In this document: one piece after another, positions 5,530 to 11,411 of the stretch
How the letters are laid out: every line of letters starts with the position of its first letter
How positions within the stretch are numbered: the stretch's first letter is position 1
From: an uncultured archaeon
GTDB lineage: Archaea > Iainarchaeota > Iainarchaeia > Iainarchaeales > CSSED10-239
NCBI GenBank assembly: GCA_964591795.1
Contig: CAZQEL010000022.1
Location: forward strand, 1 to 11,411
Direction of reading: 5' to 3'
DNA: 11,411 nucleotides
The notes under the pieces: generated by a model
Database searches by the model: none
Told to the model about the DNA's origin: nothing
Seen by the model: only the letters and a program-made list of their open reading frames with translations
Made by a program: the position numbers and the translations under genes

Positions 5530-6986
5530 ATAATATATATATAAAATCAATGCCAGTCAATATGTTTAATGGGATTTTTAACATCACCGTTACTTTTGAT
5601 AATGGATTAAATATAATAAGTGGGGTAAATGGTACTGGAAAGACACAAATATTAAGGTTGCTTAAAGAGAATAAAGGGATTACTTCTACTGCAGAAAAAT
5701 CATCAGACCAACTTTCTATTTTTGCCATTAGTCCAAAAAGAAATACAGAGAAAGAAGCAATCGATAGTATCTTTCAACAAGTTCGAACACAAAACAAAAC
5801 AATCAAAACTTTTTTTGGGCAAATTAAGGGATTTCAAATTAAAGATTCTGGTTTTGAAAATTATCCATCCTTTGCAGAATTATTTATACAGGAATATGAT
5901 TCTTTAATGCAGGATGGTGTAACTGGTCATAAACTAGCAATAGAGAAAACTTCTGAAAGTTTCAATGAAGTTCTATCAAAAGTATTTCCTGAATACAAAA
6001 TTAAAGCCACATGGGTTTTAGGCGAAACTGATCTTTCTGGGAAGTTAGATTTAAAAATCAGTAAGTATTCAACAGAACCCATATCAATAGAATATCTCAG
6101 TACAGGAGAACGCGAAATGTTTGCCCTTCTGTTTGCTATCTTTGTGAGTAGGCACGAAGAAGATATTTATTTAATAGATGAGCCAGAAATTCACCTAAAT
6201 TGGGATTTAGAAAAAGGACTTTTCCAATTCTTTGATTGGTTTGGTACTAAATTTGAAAAACAAATAATTATTGTGACGCACTCCAGGATTATTTTTAAGA
6301 AAGAGTTTTATCCTAGAACCCAATTTTTAGTTTGGAAAAATAATCAGATAATTAGCCGTTCTGAAATAACTGATAAGCAAAAAGAATCAATAGCGGGTGA
6401 ATTGTCTGACTCGATTAGCATTTCAGATTTTTCTAAGACAACCTATTTTGTAGAGGATGAAACTCAAAAATTAATTATTAATTTTTTGGCAGAAAAATTT
6501 AATAAAACCGTATCTATAGTTGTTTGTGGCAATAAGTCAAACGTTAAATCAATGTACTCTTTATTATTAAAGGAACAAAGTGATCTTCTATATTTTTTGG
6601 TTGACGGAGACAATGAAGGAAATGGGATCGTAGATCCAAACTTTATTAGCTTAGGTAAATATTGCATAGAGAATTATTTATTAAATATATCAATATTATC
6701 GTCACTTCTTTCTAAAACCGAAGATCAAATAAAAATAATGCTAGTTGATTGTTTGAAAAAAATAAGCTCAAATAAACATTTTTTGGTTTATAAAAAACTT
6801 GCGGAAAATAGTAGCGACTTTCCTCTTGATGTTTTAGACACCTATAGCGGTAAGGATCTGTTAAAATGCTTTGCTTCTGATCTCAATAAAACAGTTCCGG
6901 AATTAACGAAAGAAATTCTTGAAAAGATTGCTCTAGAAGATAAGCTCGATGGAATTTTTTCAGAGATAATTCCCGGAATAAAATAA
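5526..6986 (+). CDS. Single-polypeptide fusion of an ABC/SMC-type ATPase and a TOPRIM (DUF4435-like) domain; a PARIS AriA-AriB-like or OLD-family candidate nuclease
   Basis: Walker A 'GVNGTGKT' lies at 5622..5645. The ABC signature-like 'LSTGEREMF' starts at 6096. Walker B 'IYLIDEPEIHL' has DE at 6177..6182. 'IIIVTHS' fits an H-loop. The C-terminal half has 'YFVEDETQ' (E at 6453-6455), 'VVCGNKSNV', 'FLVDGDNEG' (DxD at 6603..6611) and 'CIENYLL' (6663..6680). Together these fit the TOPRIM Glu plus DxD arrangement and the ENY motif I associate with DUF4435. Its ATG overlaps the hsdS stop (ATGA at 5526-5529). Confidence 0.75.
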   Translation: MNNIYIKSMPVNMFNGIFNITVTFDNGLNIISGVNGTGKTQILRLLKENKGITSTAEKSSDQLSIFAISPKRNTEKEAIDSIFQQVRTQNKTIKTFFGQIKGFQIKDSGFENYPSFAELFIQEYDSLMQDGVTGHKLAIEKTSESFNEVLSKVFPEYKIKATWVLGETDLSGKLDLKISKYSTEPISIEYLSTGEREMFALLFAIFVSRHEEDIYLIDEPEIHLNWDLEKGLFQFFDWFGTKFEKQIIIVTHSRIIFKKEFYPRTQFLVWKNNQIISRSEITDKQKESIAGELSDSISISDFSKTTYFVEDETQKLIINFLAEKFNKTVSIVVCGNKSNVKSMYSLLLKEQSDLLYFLVDGDNEGNGIVDPNFISLGKYCIENYLLNISILSSLLSKTEDQIKIMLVDCLKKISSNKHFLVYKKLAENSSDFPLDVLDTYSGKDLLKCFASDLNKTVPELTKEILEKIALEDKLDGIFSEIIPGIK

Positions 6987-6987
6987 T

Positions 6988-9894
6988 ATGAAATTCAACG
7001 AACAATACACAATAGAAAATTACATCATTAAGTTCTTAGGAAAAGAGCTTGATTATGAATACATAAAACCGAAGGATTTTGCAAAACTGCGGGAATTTGA
7101 GAATGAATATATTATTTCTTCTCTTTTACTTAATGCTATAAAAAAGATAAATAACATTTCTGATGACGAAGCAAAATCTATTTTAAGAGAAGTTAGGAAA
7201 ATAGATAATAATGAAGATTTTCTTAAAACTTTCCGTAATGGAATTAATCTTAAAGATTCCGAAACTGGAAAAATGAGAGATTATTTTATTATTGATTTCG
7301 ACAATCTTGGAAACAACCATTTTGTTATAACTAACCAATTTTATTTTGAAGGTAATTCTGAAAATATAAGAACGGATGTTTTGGTTTTTTTAAATGGTTT
7401 ACCTGTTGTAAATATTGAAGCTAAAAGTCCTACTGTCTCAAGTAGTGTAAATTATGCGAATGCTGTTGGGCAGATCAAAAGATATGAAAGAAACGCTTTT
7501 AAACTTTTCTGGCCAAATTGTTTTAATATTGCTACAGACGGATTGGAAACAGTTTATGGAGCAACCTATTCTCCTGCTCAGTATTTCTTAAAATGGAAAG
7601 AGGAAGAATTAAATGAGAAGTATGAAGAAGAACTTGAAATAACTTTATATGCTTTGCTATCGCGAGAGAGATTATTAGATATTATCAGAAATTTTATTCT
7701 TTTTGACAAAGATAAAGAACAAACCATAAAAAAAATTGCTCGTTATCAACAATTAAGAGCTACTAATAAAATCGTAGAGAGAGTTAGAAAAGGAGAAGAT
7801 AAGAGAGGTCTTATTTGGCATACTCAAGGATCAGGGAAATCACTGACTATGTTTTTTACTGCATGGAAATTACGATTTAATAAAAACTTAAAAAATCCAA
7901 AGATATTTATTTTGGTTGATAGAATTGATTTAGATGATCAAATTTATGAAACTTTTGTAAATTGTGGAGGTAAGAATGTTGTTCGGGTTAATTCTCGTCG
8001 TGATTTGGAGAAAAAAATAAAATCTTCAGAAAGAGGTATTTTTATCTCAACTATTCAAAAGTTTTCAGAATTAGGAAATGATGTTAAAAATCTTGATGAA
8101 AATATAATTGTGCTTTCTGATGAAGCTCACCGTGACAATGAAGGAATTTCAGCAATCAATTTAAGAAGCTCAATGGAAAATGCTTTTTTCTTTGGATTTA
8201 CAGGAACCCCTATTGATAGAACTACTTTAAATACTCATAGAAATTTTGGAGCTGAGGGAGAAAGATATCTTGATTACTATTCAATCAAACAAGCTATTGA
8301 TGATGGAACTACTCTTCCTGTTACATATGAAGCAAGATTATCTAAATTCTTTATTGATGAAGAAAAACTTGATAAACAGTTTGAAGAAATGACTGAAGGA
8401 CTTTCTGAAAAAGAAAAAGAGCAAATATCTAAAAAATACGGGAGAAAAGAAGCAATCGTAAAGCTTGATAAACGAATGGAAGCAATTGCTCAAGATATTA
8501 CTGAACATTATAAGTTATATGTTGAACCTGCTGGATTTAAGGCTCAGATTGTTTGTTATGATAGAGAGGCTACAGCTAAGTATAAGGAACTTTTAGATCA
8601 ACTTGTGTCAAAAGATTGGTCGGCTGTTATTTATTCTGCAGGTGATCCAAATACAAGTCCTGAAGAATTACAAAAATATAATACCACTAAAGCAAAAAGG
8701 GAAAAATTAATTAATGACTTTAAAGATCCAAATAGTCCTTTAAGGTTCTTATTGGTGTGCGATATGTTATTAACTGGTTTTGATGCTCCTATTGAACAGG
8801 TGATGTATTTAGATAAGCCTCTTTGGGATCATAATCTTTTACAAGCTATCGCTAGAACTAACAGAATCTATCCAAACAAAGGAGCTGGGAAAATTATTGA
8901 TTATTACGGAATAACTAAAAGTTTACATAAAGCTTTAGATTTTGATGAAAGTGAAGTTGATTCTGCAATGATTAATATAGATAAACTTAAAGAAGAATTC
9001 AAAGATATTCTATATGAAATTATGGGTATTTTTGTCAATGTAAATATTGAAGACCCTTCAATTGAGAATCTTCGTCGCTGTTTGAAAATATTTGCTGAAA
9101 ATAACGAAAAGCAAAAATTCTTTAGTAATAAATATGGACGACTAAAACTTTTATTTGAAGTCTTGTCTCCTGATCCTTTCCTTAAAGAATTTGTAAGAAA
9201 ATTTGAATGGTTAACTAGTGTTTATATTGCTTTCAGTAAAGAGTTTGGTGAAAGTGCTTATAGTTCAGAAGTCTTGGCTGAATATGGTGAGAAAGTTAAA
9301 AACTTAATTCAACAAAGAGTTGATTATGAAGGAATTACAAAAAATTTCAGAGAATTAAATATAAATGATTTGTATGTGATGGAAAGATTAAACAAAATGG
9401 ATGATGAAGAGAAAGCTTTGAATCTTGAAAAGATGCTTAAACAAGAAATTTCTTTAAATGTTGATACAAATCCTGCTTATAAAAAATTTAGTGAAAGATT
9501 ATCAGCAATCAGAAGAGAATTCGAGAAGAATCAAATTGATTTATCTGAAAGAATTAAACGGTATCAAGAATTACTTGAAGATATAAAAAATAAAGGTGAC
9601 GAAGCTAAAGAACTTGGATATTCATTAAAAGAATATGGTCTTTATGTAATTTCAGAAGAATTTATTAAAGGAGATAAAGATTTAATAAGAGATTTTATTC
9701 AAGAGATGTCTAAAAGAATTGAAAATGTACTTGATGCTGGGTGGCAAGAATCTTCTAAAAGAGATGAATTCTTGAAAGAAGTTAAGAGAATTATTCAAGA
9801 ATTAATATTAAAAGAATATAAAGAAAAAATAGAGGTTTCTGATTTCCATAAATATCTAAATCGTTTAGTGGATATTGTAATAAAAAAATTCTAA
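6988..9894 (+). CDS. hsdR: Type I restriction enzyme endonuclease/translocase subunit HsdR
   Basis: The N-terminal PD-(D/E)xK is 'RTDVLVFLNGLPVVNIEAKSP' (D 7375-7377, E 7417-7419, K 7423-7425). SF2 helicase motif I is 'HTQGSGKSLTM' (GK at 7834-7839). Motif II is 'DEAH' at 8119..8130. Motif III is 'GFTGTP'. Motif VI is 'QAIARTNR'. 'LLVCDMLLTGFDAP' is present. The C-terminal helical region 'LFEVLSPDPFL' is typical of the HsdR C-terminal domain. Confidence 0.95.
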   Translation: MKFNEQYTIENYIIKFLGKELDYEYIKPKDFAKLREFENEYIISSLLLNAIKKINNISDDEAKSILREVRKIDNNEDFLKTFRNGINLKDSETGKMRDYFIIDFDNLGNNHFVITNQFYFEGNSENIRTDVLVFLNGLPVVNIEAKSPTVSSSVNYANAVGQIKRYERNAFKLFWPNCFNIATDGLETVYGATYSPAQYFLKWKEEELNEKYEEELEITLYALLSRERLLDIIRNFILFDKDKEQTIKKIARYQQLRATNKIVERVRKGEDKRGLIWHTQGSGKSLTMFFTAWKLRFNKNLKNPKIFILVDRIDLDDQIYETFVNCGGKNVVRVNSRRDLEKKIKSSERGIFISTIQKFSELGNDVKNLDENIIVLSDEAHRDNEGISAINLRSSMENAFFFGFTGTPIDRTTLNTHRNFGAEGERYLDYYSIKQAIDDGTTLPVTYEARLSKFFIDEEKLDKQFEEMTEGLSEKEKEQISKKYGRKEAIVKLDKRMEAIAQDITEHYKLYVEPAGFKAQIVCYDREATAKYKELLDQLVSKDWSAVIYSAGDPNTSPEELQKYNTTKAKREKLINDFKDPNSPLRFLLVCDMLLTGFDAPIEQVMYLDKPLWDHNLLQAIARTNRIYPNKGAGKIIDYYGITKSLHKALDFDESEVDSAMINIDKLKEEFKDILYEIMGIFVNVNIEDPSIENLRRCLKIFAENNEKQKFFSNKYGRLKLLFEVLSPDPFLKEFVRKFEWLTSVYIAFSKEFGESAYSSEVLAEYGEKVKNLIQQRVDYEGITKNFRELNINDLYVMERLNKMDDEEKALNLEKMLKQEISLNVDTNPAYKKFSERLSAIRREFEKNQIDLSERIKRYQELLEDIKNKGDEAKELGYSLKEYGLYVISEEFIKGDKDLIRDFIQEMSKRIENVLDAGWQESSKRDEFLKEVKRIIQELILKEYKEKIEVSDFHKYLNRLVDIVIKKF

Positions 9895-9896
9895 TA

Positions 9897-10469
9897 ATGA
9901 AAAAAGATATTACTTTAAAAGATAAAAAAATCTCATACACCCTTAAAAAGAGCAAAAGGGCTCGAAGAATGAGGTTGGCGGTTTATTGTGATGGAAGTAT
10001 TGTTGTAACTACACCTCTTGGTTTAAGAGGAAATATTGTAGAAAAGTTTTTAACTGAAAAAACTCAATGGTTATTTGCTAAATTAAATTTTTTTAAACAA
10101 TTTGATGGAAAAGCAATTACAAAGTATAGCCATGAAGACTATTTGAAATTTAAAAAAGAAGCTTATATTTTGGCTGAAAAAAGAATTACTTATTTCAATA
10201 AAATATATAAATTAAAATACAACAAAATAAGTATCAAAAATCAAAAGACTCGTTGGGGTAGTTGCTCAAAAAAAGGTAATTTAAATTTTAATTATAAAAT
10301 AGCTCTTTTACCTCAAAAAATTTCTGATTACATTATTGTTCACGAACTATGTCATCTAAAAGAATTTAATCATTCAAGAAAATTCTGGAATCTAGTTGCT
10401 CAAGTGATGCCTGATTATTTAGAAATAAGAAAAGAACTTAAACAAAGTGGTTATCAATTTTATAAATAG
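9897..10469 (+). CDS. DUF45/YgjP-type (M48/SprT-like) zinc metallopeptidase-fold protein, coupled to hsdR
   Basis: 'TRWGSCSKKGNLNFNYKIALLPQKISDYIIVHELCHLKEFNHSRKFW' carries the HExxH motif 'HELCH' at 10341..10355 and a downstream 'NHS..FW'. This matches the YgjP/DUF45 signature as I remember it. The gene starts 2 nt after the hsdR stop. Confidence 0.85.
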   Translation: MKKDITLKDKKISYTLKKSKRARRMRLAVYCDGSIVVTTPLGLRGNIVEKFLTEKTQWLFAKLNFFKQFDGKAITKYSHEDYLKFKKEAYILAEKRITYFNKIYKLKYNKISIKNQKTRWGSCSKKGNLNFNYKIALLPQKISDYIIVHELCHLKEFNHSRKFWNLVAQVMPDYLEIRKELKQSGYQFYK

Positions 10470-10488
10470 TTTTAATTTTTGAGAATAA

Positions 10489-10599
10489 AAAGATGATCCA
10501 GAAGTGGAGATTGCTGATTTAGAAAAAGGGATTGATGAAATGGTTTATAAAATTTATGATTTAACGGATTAGGAAATAAAAATTGCTGAAGGTAATTAA
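10489..10599 (+). pseudogene. Relic of the extreme C-terminus of an N6-adenine methyltransferase or type IIG restriction-modification protein, with an internal stop
   Basis: Hand translation gives 'KDDPEVEIADLEKGIDEMVYKIYDLTD*EIKIAEGN*'. The internal TAG is at 10570-10572 and the terminal TAA is at 10597-10599. The '(I/L)D..VY.(I/L)Y.LT.EEI..(I/V)E' tail is a common C-terminal ending of Eco57I/PglX-like methyltransferase proteins. The frame is closed upstream by TAA 10486-10488, so only the tail survives. Confidence 0.5.
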
Positions 10600-10659
10600 A
10601 AATTGTAAAAAAACAAATTGAGGAGTTGATGGAAAGGACTGAGAAATAAATTAAACATT

Positions 10660-11310
10660 ATGGGTAAAGATGAAGTTAATAAAATAATAAAGCAAAAAAT
10701 AAACTCTACTATTGGAAATATTGGAAATGGTGTTTTGTATGATTTGTGTCAAAAATATCCATTACACGATAATCCAGATGTTATAAATGCAAAAATATGG
10801 CTTATCGGTAGAGCATATGCTGCAGCTATTGAGAGAAGAAAAAAATATCTTAATGATTTAAATGATGATTTTTACGAAAAACGAGTAATTCCAATGATTA
10901 TGAAATCAAGTATTGATCAAAGGATAGATAAAATTAGAGAATATAAATCAATCACAAAAGAAAATATTTTAAATATATTGAAAGTTCACAAATTTTTATC
11001 CGATTTGTTTTGTGATATTTCAGGACTTAAAAAAAGATCATTAGCATCAAAGTATTTGCATTTTCATTTTCCAGATTTATTTTTTATATATGATTCAAGA
11101 GCAAAAAATGCTCTGTCTAAAATTTCTGATAAATTATCATTAGAATATAAAAAGATTATTGACAGTAAAAAAGTGGATAAAAAATATGCGACATTTTTTT
11201 GTAAATCATATGAAAAAAAGAATGAATTTGAAGATATCCAGCCAGATATCTCTACTAGACAATTTGATTCAATATTAATAGTAATAGCTAATCAAGAACT
11301 AAGAAAATAA
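10660..11310 (+). CDS. Hypothetical protein (216 aa), family not confidently recognised
   Basis: This is a clean 216-codon ORF after a 190-nt gap. Its conserved-looking segments are 'AKIWLIGRAYAAAIERR' and 'LASKYLHFHFPDLFFIYDSRA'. The second resembles an 'SK-x-LHF..P..xPIxDS' motif that I vaguely associate with uncharacterised OGG-fold-annotated proteins. That association is unverified. Confidence 0.6.
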   Translation: MGKDEVNKIIKQKINSTIGNIGNGVLYDLCQKYPLHDNPDVINAKIWLIGRAYAAAIERRKKYLNDLNDDFYEKRVIPMIMKSSIDQRIDKIREYKSITKENILNILKVHKFLSDLFCDISGLKKRSLASKYLHFHFPDLFFIYDSRAKNALSKISDKLSLEYKKIIDSKKVDKKYATFFCKSYEKKNEFEDIQPDISTRQFDSILIVIANQELRK

Positions 11311-11411
11311 AAAACAAAAAAAGAGGTCAACCATCTTTCCCCCTAATCAGCTAACCCCTAACAAGCCAACTTATGCTACAATTAACTCAATGAAAACCAA
11401 AGCAATTCTTG

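Noticed and set aside
5268-5728. Two minus-strand ORFs (5268..5477 and 5474..5728)
   Set aside because: They are antisense to the hsdS 3' end and the ATPase 5' end (Walker A region). Both sense genes have strong motif support.
5722-5907. 61-aa plus-strand off-frame ORF inside the ATPase gene
   Set aside because: It is nested within the ATPase-TOPRIM ORF, is lysine-rich and low in complexity, and has no independent support.
6464-6667. 67-aa minus-strand ORF
   Set aside because: It is antisense to the TOPRIM-like region (E...DxD motifs) of the 486-aa gene and is most likely a shadow ORF.
1-11411. CRISPR arrays, tRNA or rRNA genes, and IS elements with terminal inverted repeats
   Set aside because: I found no regularly spaced direct repeats, no cloverleaf-compatible GC-rich segments and no transposase-like ORFs on reading through. 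This was a manual scan only, so small elements could have been missed.
11390-11411. Possible gene start 'MKTKAIL' at the right edge
   Set aside because: Only 7 codons are visible, which is too short to support a call.

Overview
AT-rich window (estimated by eye, not computed). Its core is one tightly packed plus-strand operon of 8 genes (544..10469). Gene junctions range from an 11-nt overlap to a 12-nt gap, and I see almost no Shine-Dalgarno motifs. The operon is a type I restriction-modification system, hsdM (544..2289), hsdS (4369..5529) and hsdR (6988..9894). Extra cargo interrupts it at both internal junctions. Between hsdM and hsdS sit three genes: a 2-TM membrane protein with a TPR-like tail, a 96-aa unknown protein, and a 356-aa protein whose C-terminal half looks like a Shedu-type (DUF4263) PD-(D/E)xK nuclease. 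Between hsdS and hsdR sits a single 486-aa fusion of an ABC/SMC-type ATPase with a TOPRIM/DUF4435-like domain. This resembles a fused PARIS AriA-AriB or an OLD-family nuclease, and it occupies the slot that the anticodon nuclease PrrC holds in the E. coli prr locus. HsdM carries an extra N-terminal MerR/excisionase-type HTH. A DUF45/YgjP-type HExxH metallopeptidase is coupled to the end of hsdR. Gene relics flank the operon: a decayed large serine recombinase C-terminus on the left (1..483), and on the right a 35-codon relic of a methyltransferase or type IIG C-terminal tail with an internal stop (10489..10599). An unrecognised 216-aa ORF follows. I found no tRNA, rRNA or CRISPR array. The best candidates for something undescribed are the two embedded modules, read as guardian or second-layer effectors wired into the type I R-M operon. 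All family assignments rest on motif recognition by eye and need profile searches to confirm.
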